In this document: positions 1 through 12,094 of the stretch, piece after piece
Layout of the letters: every line of letters starts with the position of its first letter
Position numbering within the stretch: position 1 is the stretch's first letter
Source: Amphiscolops sp. MND2022
Taxonomy: Eukaryota
Length of the DNA: 64,000 nucleotides
NCBI GenBank assembly: GCA_964187785.1
Contig: OZ076409.1
Coordinates: 36,644,001-36,708,000, forward strand
Reading direction: 5' to 3'
Program-made: the position numbers and the translations under genes
Notes under the pieces: generated by a model
Seen by the model: only the letters and a program-made list of their open reading frames with translations
Told to the model about the DNA's origin: nothing
Database searches by the model: none

Positions 1-247
1 TGACGGGGACAAATATGGGCTTGCGTTACGATCATTGAACAAAACCTGTGGCCCCAGAAACTCTGGTAGCCATTTGTTTTCAGTTTTCTTTTAAACAACA
101 CTTCTAGTATATGGTACTTTTTTCAACATTGAAAAATTAAACGGCGTTGGACGTTTTCTTTTTCGGTGATTTTGACGTGAACACTAAAACTGTTAGTTCA
201 TACATTTTGTTAAGCAGTCAGAAATTAGGTCACTTTGTTTTTGCAAG

Positions 248-463
248 ATGCCAATGCAACAACCTTTCCGTCGATATCCCGGCCAACCCCCAATGCGAGT
301 GCCAGCACCAGTCTAGGTACAAACTTCCAGAGTTCTCTGGAACAAGGAAAGAGGGTGAATTTAGCTGCCAGCTGGCCAGTGAAGGAGAAGCCCATCAAAA
401 TAGCTGAGCTTGAGAAAGAGCTGGCCCACAAGTTGTTGCAAGACATGATCGAAAGCACTGCTG
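248..463 (+). CDS. DNAH7: Probable DNAH7-like N-terminal exon (DANATTFPSISRP...LLQDMIESTA); gene begins upstream of the window
   Basis: GC-richer open frame between an AAG acceptor (245-247) and a strong G|GTGAGT donor (464). It ends in phase 1, matching the phase-1 acceptor at 4972. The sequence itself is not recognisably dynein. Confidence 0.55.
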
Positions 464-2820
464 GTGAGTTGTGTTACAATTTCTCTCCACACAAATTTGA
501 ACTTATGTCTTATTCAAGGAAAAGATTTGAACGAACTTTCGAGAAGGTTGCATCTTTTTTTAAAATAAAGATAAAAAACACAATAAAGAAAATTGTTTGT
601 CGTAGAAAAAAAAACGAGAATTTCTATCCAGAACTAGGGCTGTGCATCTTCACGCTGAATGCTAGTGCATGGATGTGAGAAACCGACATCAAGGTTTTCA
701 GACTTGTACACCGACCTCGTAGTAGCTGATTTTACTTTTGGTCAGCGAGGTAGCTTGAACTTTTTACATGCTGCATGGAAAACTGCAGGCTAATTTTTTT
801 TTTACAAAACATGGCAAAGAAAAACTCACGGAGCATGCATGGAATAAATTTGTAGGATTACAATGCAGCTTCCACTATTCCAATTAAAACTGAAAAGATT
901 TCAACTTCTTCGCCGTCACAATAACTTTCTTTGCACGCTTAATTTTCCCAAATAAGCAATATGACGATGCTTTGAAACCTATAATGTGGCTGAAGATAAT
1001 CTGCATTGAAATGACGGCAAAATTGAAAAGGTCTCAGCTGCTCTCAAAACTGGAACTGCTTCCTAATGAACTCTGCAAAGCTTTGCGCGTTCGAATTGCT
1101 ACCAACTTTAGGATGCATCTTATAGATAAAATCTTATAGATAATGTTCAAGCAGTTCCAACAAGGTCATAATTTGTTGTAACTGAAAAATCGGTTTATCT
1201 TAAACACGCAGTGAGCAAAGCATCATTTACCAAAGTTCTTGTTATATCAATTTTGTTTGTTGGATACGCAAGAAGAATGAATTGGGTGTGAAGCTGAGTT
1301 TCAGAGCTTGAAAATTTTTCCGTTGGTGAGATTCGTATCCACCACTTGCTCCCTGGCTAAAGAATGTATGTTGTTTCGTAGCAAAAAACCAAAAGATAGC
1401 AAAAAATGACGGCGGACCAGCGTACAAACGAGCGTTAAAAAATAGAACCACGCGTTTAAAAGATGATCAAAAAAGAGCACGCAAAGTAGATGCGCAAAAC
1501 AATTATGTTGAAGAAAACAGGACCTTGAGAAAACTGCAATCTCGGGGAGTTAGAAAAGTAAGCTAATATCTTATCTTAAACAAAATAGAACGCCTGAAAA
1601 CAAGCTAAAGCTTAGCAATTCTTCCTTGAATCGAAACCGCTCTTTTGATGAAGTTTTGAGCGCAAATTTAGCACAGTAGCTAAAGTAAGTTGAGGAATTT
1701 GGACGTAGTAAGCTACGCTCGATGTTGATGTAAGGTCAACATAGCCGTTCGAAAAGAACCAAACACAAGACCCACTAGGTACGTTCCATATCTTGTGAGA
1801 GTTATGGGTTGCCGCTGTGTGTGAACAGTGCTTCCCCAATATTTCCAGTGAATGTTCTGTCTTAGAATTACAGGTGAAAGAGGAGAGTGGAGAAAAAGTC
1901 TAAAGCGAGCAAATCCCTGTCATTGATTTGCTTTTAGAAAGTTCACTATCTGATCATAGATCAGTGAAAATTCTATTTTTTCTTGATTTGTGAGTCCGCG
2001 TAAGGAAGGGAAGCAGTTGCCAAAAGCTATAGAAAAGCATAGCTTTCTTCCCCTGAAAGTCTAGTCCGCGTAGCAAGTTTGATTTGAAAATGATGGTGAG
2101 ATCTTCGTATTTTCTAAACATAAAAGAGACAATGATAACTTTTAAAAAATAGGTGCAAAACAAGGATTGATTATTATTAAAAAAGATCGTTCATGATCAA
2201 AAACTTTTTCGATGTTTCAAGAGTTTCAAGAATGCAATACGGTAGTTTTTCTTCAGCTGTGAGTTTTGCAGTGGCGATTACATCAGCCACTTGGATGACG
2301 GCCATGTTGATACTGCAAAGTTCTCTTCGGTCGGGCATGTTGTTACATCAAAGTTCACTGAGACAAAACAGCCATGTTGTCACTTCAAAATTCACGGTGT
2401 TACAATGTAATCAGTGGTGGATCAGGAGTAATCACGGTGTAATCACGGTGGATCAGGAGTCGCCAGAAAACGGGCAATAAATGTTGAGGAATTGGATGAC
2501 ATTTCCGAATTTCTGGGTCACGTTTCCGTAAACTGGGTGATTTCCTCGAAAACATCTCAAAAACATGATTCTTTCGAAATTTTGACAAGTCTTGTGTAAA
2601 AAATGGAACATTCTGCTTTATCTCAGTAGAAGATCTGTACATGTTAAATTGGTTTTGTCGAGACATGTCGCAAGGTCTGATTTTGATATCACAAACTTTG
2701 TGAAAAAAGTTTCTTTTTTCAAGTAGATGAAGACTGGAACGTGACCACTGAATTCAATTTACCAAGTAATAGCGCATGGAGAAAGTGTTTCAACAATACA
2801 AATGGCACAAATGAAAAGAA

Positions 2821-3467
2821 AACAAGCCAGGACCGGCCCAAGTCGGTGCCATATCCAAGGCTCAAAAATAGCAAAGGACTTCCAAGTGTCAATTTACAGT
2901 ACTCGAAAATCGAAAAGCCAAAAAAATGGACCGAGTGGCGCGCTGGGCCCGGCTAACGCGAGCCCCTGGCGCGCTAAAGAGAAAAAAAAAGAAAAAAAGT
3001 ATCACAATGCCGAAAAACTGAAAGGGGGACCCTTTGGGGTTTTTCAACGTCCATACGGTCGCAAAACATCAAAAAATTGAAGGTGGAAAAATTTTATTTT
3101 CGGAAAAAAATCTCACAATGCCGAAAAGAACTGAAAGGAGGGACCCTTTGGGATTTTTCATTATCTATTCTGTCGCAAAACAGCAAAAAAATTGAAGGGG
3201 GGACCCTTTGGGAAATTTGTTTCCGAAAAAAACTCTCGCAGTGCCGAAAAAAATTGAAAGGGGGTCTCGCCCGGTATGGTATGTTACGCGGGCAAACAGG
3301 AAAAACCTTTTTGGTTCAGTTCGCTAGGCCAAATTGTGGAATTTGGTGCAATAATATTTTGTAGAACTTTTAAGAACTATTTTGGTCAGTTCGTGTGGAT
3401 TGAAAAAAAAAGAAAAGAAAAGTCACTATAATAGTCGCGTTTCACTTCATGAAGCGCCGACTAAAAA
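2821..3467 (-). mobile_element. Family A non-autonomous Helentron-like element (HINE/DINE-1 type)
   Basis: One end is AACAAG-hairpin-AAGTCGG(T/C)GCC; the other is TAGTCGCG...GCGCCGACTAAAA (subterminal inverted repeats plus a local IR). Internal ~100-bp subrepeats; many copies in the window. Confidence 0.75.
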
Positions 3468-4509
3468 TTGCACAGGCAAGTTTTGCTAACTAGCACGAAG
3501 TTCTATTCAATTCAAATAAGAAATTTTGTTGTAGTTATCGCAGATTTTCCTCGGAGTAACAAGATCCGAAAATTTAAAAAATTGACCGCATATAAAATTC
3601 AGAAGACAAATAGCCAAAGACAGTATCAGAAAAACAAAAAAGGTGATGCTTTTTGGAATTTCACCTTGACTCCGTTTTGAAAAACTCACCATAAGTCGTC
3701 TTCTAGTTACCCACGTTCTGGCTGGAAAGATAGAAAATCCAAAAACGGCTATATTCGAATTGTGCTTCATCTAAAATCTTTTGCATATAACAAAAGCTCA
3801 ACTAGGAAAAAGGAAAACCCCATTTGGCAACACGTAAATAACGAAACTTTATATACTGTCGCGTTATAAGTAACGCTTAACAACTTTTGTGTTTTGCATG
3901 CGACAATACGTAACATGAGAAACGCTATCAGTTTCAGTTCAATTTGGGAACGTTTCAGTTCCAACAAGCAGGTTTCCTAAATATGTAAAGGACACTATTG
4001 TTATTATATATTAATTCCTCAGTGCCAAGAAATACCCGAATTTATAGGCATAGTGCTCGAAAATCACTTTTTGCTTGCAGAAGACACTATTGAGAAAACT
4101 TTTCTCGAACTAACAAAGTACCAAAAATACCCATAGGACTCAAAAACATTAAGGAAAGTGAATGGTACACTTTGACCGAACAAAAGTTTTTTTGAAGAAA
4201 AGTCGGACGCAGTCTCATCTGTTTCACAGGACCAAAAGTTAATCGAAGACATCACTGTTAAAACTAGGAAAACGATTCTCCTCAAATAAAAAACCTCAAG
4301 AACCAAAAAATTCAAAATTTATATCCACAAAATTTAAAAATCTTCGGTAAGTCTCATTGTGCCGATACAACCTAAGATGGGCCTCTGTGCTCGCAAAATG
4401 CTTCGTTCCTGCTAAAAATCAAAAGAAGTCGCATAGTGCCGAAAAAATCCAAAAGGGGGACCCTTTGATCTCTCTACTTTTACAAACACGAAATTATTTA
4501 TTTTTTTTT

Positions 4510-4587
4510 GCGAAACTCAAACATACGTACTTCTGCTTCTCAGACCTCGCCACCACTGACAAGAAATCTACGTTAACCACTGGGCCA
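4510..4587 (-). other. tRNA-derived (SINE-like) fragment with Pol III A/B-box-like motifs
   Basis: Minus strand reads TGGCCCAGTGGTTAA...GAGGTCTGAGAAGCAGAAGTACGTATGTTTGAGTTTCGC. Related pieces at ~19250-19296, 58174-58210, 58618-58650 and 58945-58992. Confidence 0.45.
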
Positions 4588-4971
4588 AGAACTAACTTAG
4601 CCAAAATTGAAGATCCTAATTTGTTGAACAACTGGTTCAGGTGTATCGACTCTTCAGGAATATAAAAAACTATAGTCGACTCTTTTTCTAAATAAGTCAG
4701 TATTGTCAATGATATTGAAAAATTCTCCAAGAAACATTATATCCGGTATATGTTATATCCGGTATGAGTTAAATCCGGTATGTGCTGCGTTATTGTCGAA
4801 TGGGATTCCTGATCACTTTTTACAGTTCAATCGTAGCATGTAAATGGTCGAGAGGTTTTCTGAAAATTGAAGAACTTTCGTGGAACTATTTTGGCTAGTT
4901 TTGAACTATCATTTTTCAGATAATGCACAGAGTGAATGATGTTTTCAGTTTTGGATACTTCTTTGTTTCAG

Positions 4972-5185
4972 ATTCTAAGAAGATGAACAAAAGAGGACCC
5001 AAGTTGGACCCCATCCTGACAAAGAAAGCCAACGGAGGGGGCTCCAACCAGGGGGGCCGGGGAGGGGCAGACAAGGCGGGAGGGAGCAGCAGCAACAATA
5101 ATGGCCCCAACTGCTGTGTGAACAACAAGAAGGAGGTAGAGAAACAGAAACAGCTCTTCAGAAGTACTCTCGTCGACATACTAAT
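4972..5185 (+). CDS. DNAH7: DNAH7-like exon (DSKKMNKRGP...EKQKQLFRSTLVDIL)
   Basis: TTTCAG acceptor and GTTAGT donor. KQLFRSTLVDIL resembles the ERFRSTLVNVIM segment I recall from the vertebrate DNAH7 N-terminus. Confidence 0.8.
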
Positions 5186-5553
5186 GTTAGTGTATACTTC
5201 GATGTTTTTTATCAAAATATATTTATCAAGAATCGAGAAAATGGTACTTTTGTCTAAGCGTGAGCTAAGAGTTCGAACTTATCGTTGAATTTAATTTACA
5301 CCATACCAAAAGGCAAATGCGAACACACTACGTTGACCTCAAGTCCCACAGTGATCTTTTCATTGTAAATTATACGAATGGGGTTCTCAACTTTTTGAAG
5401 TTACTCCACTGAAACATTACGTAATGCATAATACTTTTGAGACGTATGATATAATTTGGGACATTACCATTTGAAGATTTCGTGAAATTCGAGTTTGTTT
5501 TTGTTTGTCTTGAATGAATTTTACTTATTCATATGATATTTTTAATGTTTCAG

Positions 5554-5574
5554 ACCAAATGGCCAGACGCTTCA
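5554..5574 (+). CDS. DNAH7: 21-nt micro-exon of DNAH7-like gene (I-PNGQTL-Q)
   Basis: TTTCAG acceptor and GTAAGT donor; phase 2/phase 2, frame-preserving between the flanking exons. Confidence 0.7.
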
Positions 5575-5653
5575 GTAAGTAGATTTGAACTATAGCCTTC
5601 CTATATTCCTTGGTTTTGGTGTCTTACTGACGTCATTCATTAATGTTGTGTAG

Positions 5654-5735
5654 AGAAATCAAGAGCGCACATCAACTGGCCAATGATGACAAACACCATG
5701 CTGGTCGCCCCAACCAAGCCGAAAAAGATTTGATG
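5654..5735 (+). CDS. DNAH7: DNAH7-like exon (EIKSAHQLANDDKHHAGRPNQAEKDLM), followed by a GC-AG intron
   Basis: TAG acceptor; ATG|GCGAGT donor at 5736. Splicing here gives EKDLM-RYHYYI, matching the recalled DNAH7 motif EKDILRYYYYI. Confidence 0.8.
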
Positions 5736-6236
5736 GCGAGTTATTTTATTCTACTCCGGAAATAAAGTATGAAGTGAATTTGAAAAGGCTTTTCCGCCGC
5801 GAGCTTTTTGTTATTCGTAACCAGAAGCTCAAAAGAAAAAACGGAATCCCGAACAATATCAGCAAGTTCAAGAAAGAAATTACTGGTTATTCATGAATAG
5901 CTGCAGCTATGAAAGAAGCAATTGTTTCCGTGAAGTTGCTGCAAAAATGGTGACACATTGCTCAATTTTCACTAATTACAGCTTTTCGCCTGACACTTTG
6001 AGTGATGAGTTCAACGGAAACATTTTCTCGATGTATATTGAAGTTTTCACATGAAATCCTCCAAATTCAGTTCCGGTTGTCCTCCAATTGCTAGTTTTCT
6101 TTACTGTTTGTCACTTTTTAATTACCCTAATCAAATTAAATACACTTTAACTAATTTTAATTAAATTAAGATTTTCACAATTGAGTGTACAGATGTTTGT
6201 GATTGTGATTGTAATTTCGTGGTTGCGTTGTTCCAG

Positions 6237-6448
6237 AGGTACCACTACTACATAGCTAACGGGATAGACACGGAGCACGTGGCCCCCATGGAAGACTCGT
6301 GGCTGCAACACATCATGGGTCTGGTGAAGGAGCCCCTCAAAAGACACAGGGAGACGATCGAGAGTCTGTGCGACGAGGTCAAGGAGGACTACCTCATGAG
6401 TGTGAAGAAGGCCATCGTCGACTTCGTGCTCAACGACCCCTCCGACAG
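6237..6448 (+). CDS. DNAH7: DNAH7-like exon (RYHYYIANGIDTEHVAPMEDSWL...KKAIVDFVLNDPSD)
   Basis: Near-identical to the recalled DNAH7 motif RYYYYIHHGIDTDHVAPMEDSWL...EDYLLSVRKSIVDFVLKDP. CAG acceptor, AG|GTACCT donor. Confidence 0.92.
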
Positions 6449-6755
6449 GTACCTGTAGAGCACTGGGTTATCGAAGACGCGCTTCCATTTATTTTGAAAC
6501 TTTATTTTTCAAAAAGACGCGCTTCCATTTATTCCATTAAGGGTGATAGTTCAAAACTCAATCTGTTCACACCTCCAGATGTACCGATGTATAAATGATG
6601 TCAATTTTGAAGCAAGATTCAGATGCGATGATCCCAAAACGAAATTTGCTATCTTGATTTGCCTTAAGGATCCAATTGAATCCAAATTCTTTCAGAAACT
6701 GGAAAACGGAATAAGATCTAAAGAATAAGATCTAAAGGCAAAAACGGAACACGTA

Positions 6756-8912
6756 TTTTTTATTTTCCGCCCATATTTCATATGAGAAAGGAAAATATTT
6801 AAATCAACGGTTTTATTTTACAAAATTTGTCAAGCACCAAATTTATATTTAACTTTAAGGGTATTACCCATAGAATTCAACTCACATAAATTTAGCTTCG
6901 TGCGACATGTATTTGTGGAGATTTCTGGATTTTTTTGGTTGACCCCAAGGACCACAGAATGACCCAAAAAATGAGAAAATTTGCAAAAATTTCCAAATTC
7001 TTACCTTTTAAAGCAGTTTTTGTCAATTTTTCGATAAAGATCGTGGATTAGAATCATGATAACGCTCAACAAGGCACGAATTTGTTGTCTAATAGTCTTC
7101 TATGAAGAGATAATTGCTGTTATCCAAATGAAAAAAATCTCATTGAAATTGCCAAAAAAAAACAAAAATGTCCCGATTTTTAACGTTTTTATGCGATTTT
7201 TGTCAAATTTTCGATGGACTTCGTTGATTAAAATGTTGAAAACGCTCAACGTGGCACGAACTCGTTGTCCAGTAGGCTTTTTCCAAGAGCTTATAGCTGT
7301 TTTCCAAATGGAAAAAATTCAAATTGCAGGTTTATGAAAGAACAATGTCTCAAATTGACACCGAAAATCACAAAAAACCCAAAATTTCCCGATTTCATTT
7401 TTTTGTCTTTTTGTAAACGTTTTGACAGACTTCGTGGTTTAAAAGGGTGAACAAAGGAAAAGGTTGGTTGTCCAGTAGTGTTTTTTGAAAAGGTAATTAC
7501 AGTTTTTCAAATGAAAAATGTCTCAAATTGACACCAAAAATGACAAAAAGCCCAAAATTTTCAAATTTTCAAAACCGTTATGCATTTTTCCCACGTTTTT
7601 GACAGACTACGTGGAGTGGAATGTTGAGAAGGGCCAACAAGAAAAGAATTTGTTGTCCAGTATGCTTAGAGAAGAGATAAATGCAGTTTTTTAATTGAAA
7701 AAGTCTGGATATAACATCGAAAAAGACAAAAACTCCAAAAATTCCGACTTTACCATTTTTGTTGAATTTTTGTCGAACTATCGATAGAGGTCGTGGACTA
7801 GAATGTTAAAACCCCAGAAAAATGGGAAAACTTGTTGTTCTGGTGAGCTTTCGTCATGAGATTGTCGAAATTTGTCGAAAACTTTTTAAGTTTTGGTCAA
7901 CTATAGGCTCAGGATTGAAACGTGTATTTACCGGTAGTGGTTCGAAAAGATATCAGACAGGTTTAGTTGCACATTTTTCAAAATTTTTTCTTGAAAACGT
8001 AAGTTTCAATCTCATTGGTCAAATATTCCTTTTTCAATGAGCTCCAAGCAGAATCACTAGATCTAGAGTACACCTTCCAAAGGAAAATGTTTCGAGCTAT
8101 TTCGTGGGTTAGAATTGTGTGAACCATCAACAACAAGTAAACGCAGTGTTCAGGAGGCTAATTTTTGAAGAGACATCTCTAGATTCATGTTCGAAAAGTT
8201 CCTCGAATTGACCCCAAAGTTGTAGAAAATTTTTCCATTTTTTGACACTTCAGGTGAAACTATGTGAAATATTATAACAAACCGAAACCGTTTCCTAATC
8301 TTAAAAAAGACATAGTTTCAAGCTTTGCCTAGTTTCTCAGTGCTAAAAATTACCCCAAGAAATACGCCTGAGCCTCGGAAACCCCAACAGGAATCACAAG
8401 AATTCAATTTTTTGAATTTTTTGGGTAAAGTCCTACGATGGCAAAACAAGTTTCAGCTGGCAAAACAGCAGGGTGTACCCTTTGACTTAATGAAAGTTTC
8501 GGAAAGACACACAGAGCTGAAAAAACTGAAATGAGGTATTTTCCACTAACAATGGGAAAACTCATCAGTTTCACATGATCAAACGTAACAAAGAGGTCAC
8601 CCTCAAAACTCGAGAAACTTATTTCCTCTGCAGAAAACCTCAAAACTAAAAATTTCGAAAAATGTTCCTGGAAAATTGGTTTAGAAAAGTCGGTAAGTCG
8701 CATAGTGCCGAAAAAACGAAAAGTGACCAGCTATGGCGAAAATAATAAAACAAGTGTTTCCTTCAAAAATGGGCTAAAATGAGTCAAAGCTTTCTTTTAT
8801 TCGAACTTCTTTGCGTTTTTATGGTCAATTGGCTATTCTTGAGCCTCGAATTTATGAAGTTGTAAAGCAGTTTGCTGCGGAAAATATCTCGCCGCTCAGC
8901 GGGCACCTTGTT
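6756..8912 (+). mobile_element. Family B long non-autonomous Helentron-like element
   Basis: 5' TTTTTATTTTCCGCCCATAT..ATATG..GGAAAAT (subTIR plus IR); 3' GCGGAAAATAT-CTCGCCGCTCAGCGGG-CACCTTGTT. Internal degenerate tandem subrepeats (TGTTGTCCAGTAG...AAATTGACACC). Confidence 0.7.
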
Positions 8913-9545
8913 TTAGCTCAAACCAAAAAGCAATTATGGGTAAACAAAACATCAAAAAGAGAAGTGTGAAGTGTGAAGAGTTCTCGAAACGAAGTATGAG
9001 CCTGAATTGACCTGTCAAATAAAAAGTGCGAAACGCGATCCGTTTTCAAACCGACCGTGATATAAAACGGGGTTTTGTATGATGATTTATCGATTTACTC
9101 TCAGTACTAGTCAAGTCTGTCTGATAGTGCCTTCGAAATTTATTTTGTCTTGAATGATTGACAGGGAACAAAATTAAACTTGAAAAACATCTTGTTGACA
9201 AATGTTTACGTTTTGAACTTTTGTTGAATTTTCACGTGTACTGTTTTCTGTGCGTCACCTAGTATATGGAACCATACAAGGAACATAGTTATATTCATAC
9301 ATGGAACCATACAATCCATGCTTTGCTGAAACTGAAAAACCAAGAGATATCATCCTGTTAGTTGGTTCAATGATAGTGAACTGTTTCATTAGTTTTTAAA
9401 GAAATATCGGTAACTGAGGGGGCAAAGTTTTGTTTCAATTTGAGAAGATGTTGTCCTACGTGAAGTCAATATGAAAAACTGAAAAGAAACTTGGAATTTG
9501 AGCATCTGTAAAGATCTTTTCAGATCTGCAATTGTTCTTCCGTAG

Positions 9546-9647
9546 CAGTGGCACGATCTTTACAGATCATCAAAGAAAAAAAGGCTCACAGATGTGTACA
9601 GATTCCGAAGGAAAGCTCAACATGGGTTGCAAACTTGTATCGTACTG
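9546..9647 (+). CDS. Candidate additional/cassette exon of DNAH7-like gene (SSGTIFTDHQRKKGSQMCTDSEGKLNMGCKLVSYW)
   Basis: TAG acceptor at 9545, open frame in phase 2, phase-2 donors at 9642 or 9648 (96 or 102 nt, both frame-preserving). No homology support. Confidence 0.35.
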
Positions 9648-9843
9648 GTATTCAATGATTCGTCAAAGTTTGTATTCGTTATCAATTGAAACGAAAGGTT
9701 AAAGCTTTCATGGGAAATATTCATATTTTTAACTGTTCCGAGAAAAAGTTTTCGTATTTTTTACGCAACCAAAACTAACGTTTGTAACGTAACCAATAAA
9801 TAAATTTGAGCGACTTGTATTATAAAGTTATTATTGTTTTCAG

Positions 9844-10017
9844 GCATGGAAATTGTGGTGCTATAGAACCGCCTGTACCTCTGGCTCAGAAGACGCCGGC
9901 CGGGGCTGCCAGTCGCATCAAGTCCAGTAAGAGCATGTACAGCGACCGGGACAGTGTGTTGGAGGAAGCAACTCCCAAAATGGCCTCCTTCTCAATTGTG
10001 CCCGAATACAAACTAGA
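9844..10017 (+). CDS. DNAH7: DNAH7-like exon (HGNCGAIEPP...SIVPEYKLE), mostly a lineage-specific insert
   Basis: TTTTCAG acceptor and GA|GTTAGT donor, phase 2/2. It joins NDPSD-R to E-LLVVPKPW in frame. Confidence 0.75.
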
Positions 10018-12094
10018 GTTAGTTCAAAACTCAATCTGTTCACACCTCCAGGTGTACTGATGAAATGATGTCAACGCTAGAGCAAGATTCAGATGCAAAA
10101 ACAAAACGTCTTAAGGGTCTAATTGGATCCAAGTTCCTCAAAAAATTAGAAAACAGAATAAGATCTAAAGTATAAAATCTAAAGACTCGAGATGGAACAA
10201 GATCTGAAATCTAAAACTGTACAGTTGAATAGTATCTCAAGTTCTAAATAAAGAAAACATCCTGTTTTATATCAAAGTTTTCATTTTTAGGAGATGTTAG
10301 TCTTTTAAAATTGTATAGAAAACTGTGAAGCGTGAGAGAAAATGCAACTGGTACGTCAACTATGCGTAAACAACGTCAGATGCCAGGATGTTTTCAATCA
10401 TTATCACTGGGGAGATGTATGCTTTAATTGGATGTATGGGCCTGTTCGACAGAAAATATTCCAAATTAGGAAGTTTTTGGTGAAGTGGAAAAGTGTTTCC
10501 GAAAAGTATTGGTGTATTTTCTCAAAAAGTGTCATCCAAAATGTCTGGTTGTAAAAGTTCTCATAATGAACCCAAAAATACCTTAAACTCAACGTTCAGT
10601 TTTTCACATTTCTGTCCTATTTTTGTACAGTTTTCGAATAATCTCGTGGGCAAGAAAATCCAAGAAGCCCCAATATGAAAAAACCAGCTGAAGCGATCAC
10701 ATTTTCGGAGAAGAAATTGTTTTGTTGAGGAGGTTCCCCGAATGACCCACAAGAAACATAAAATATTCAATTTTTCACTTTTCAGCATTTTAAGCACATT
10801 TTTGAAATTTTGAAAAACAAAATGGGTCAAAATCCAAAAGTTTTTCTTCAATTTTGAAATAATTGCCACTCTCTGCAGTTTTCGAACAATCTCGTGGGTT
10901 AGAAAATTCAAGAATTTTCCAACATAAAAAAACACTCATTCAGAACAATTTCCTGCAGTGATTTCTGAAAAGATTTGTAGTGAATGTGTCTCACAATAAC
11001 CACAAATTATTGAAGTTATCAAATTTGTTAATTTCTTGGCTTTTGAAGGCCATTTCTGTCGACTTTTCGGACGTTTTGAAGAAATAGGTCACTCCCAAAG
11101 TTCCTGAGCAAACCAGCTATCTGCTCCATACCCTGTTACGAAGAATAATGTGTTGCTTTTGTTTGAAAAAGCGTCATGTTTACCCGGAAAAAGTTAGGAA
11201 GTCAGTTTTTTGAATGCTTCAAGAATTTGCCTGGAGTTTTTTAAACGTTTTGAGAGATTCAAAGACCCACAGAGTTGACAGACGAAGCGAATACTCATCT
11301 GATACGCCTTTACGGCAAAATTTGGAAGACATGAGAGAAAAGAAGTCTGAAAACACCAAAAATAGCAAACTTATCTAATTTTTGACCGAATGTATCCTTC
11401 TAGTGGTCCGTGAATTAAAGATTTTACACGTTACACAACCCAAAGAGTCACCTTTACAGAAAAAAAACTATCCAACAAGGTTCTTCGACCAGAAGTTGTT
11501 TGTTCCAAAATCCAACATTGCTTCCCAAAAATTTGAAAAGTTCTTTATTTTGATCGTTTCATGCAGTTTATGTACAAACTTTGTTTCCATGGGTACAATG
11601 TTCTCCATCTCAAAAACAAAGCTTTCAATAATTTAGGAGAGAGCTTTTAAATAAACAAAAAGTCTTTTTATGAAGAAAAATTCTAAAAATTGCATATTGT
11701 GTCACTTTGAGGCATTTTTTTCACATACTCTCTTTTTGTTGGGGATTGCTACACAGAGAGCCCAGAAACAAGTAGAGTTTCTTGGTAGTGTAATCAGAGA
11801 CGCACGTTAACAAAGTCTCAAATTGACACCAAAGTTTCAAAAAGAAACAAAAAATTTCCAATTCAGTACCAATTTTGTACAGCTTTTAGTCAACTGAGTA
11901 GTTTACAATATCCATTGAACAGAACAAACAATTCAACTTCGCACTACGTTTTCAGAAGACAAATTTGAGAGGTTTTCAGAAAAAACTCAACAAAGCCCAC
12001 ACAAAATAGTTTTTTACCAGTTTCAAAGGTACTTTTTCCACACATTGTTCGCATTTTTATGTGGATATGAAGAATCACAACATTCGAAAAAGCA

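Noticed and set aside
4510..4587. Functional tRNA gene
   Set aside because: Box spacing is long, the B-box is degenerate, and I could not fold a convincing cloverleaf; kept only as a tRNA-derived fragment.
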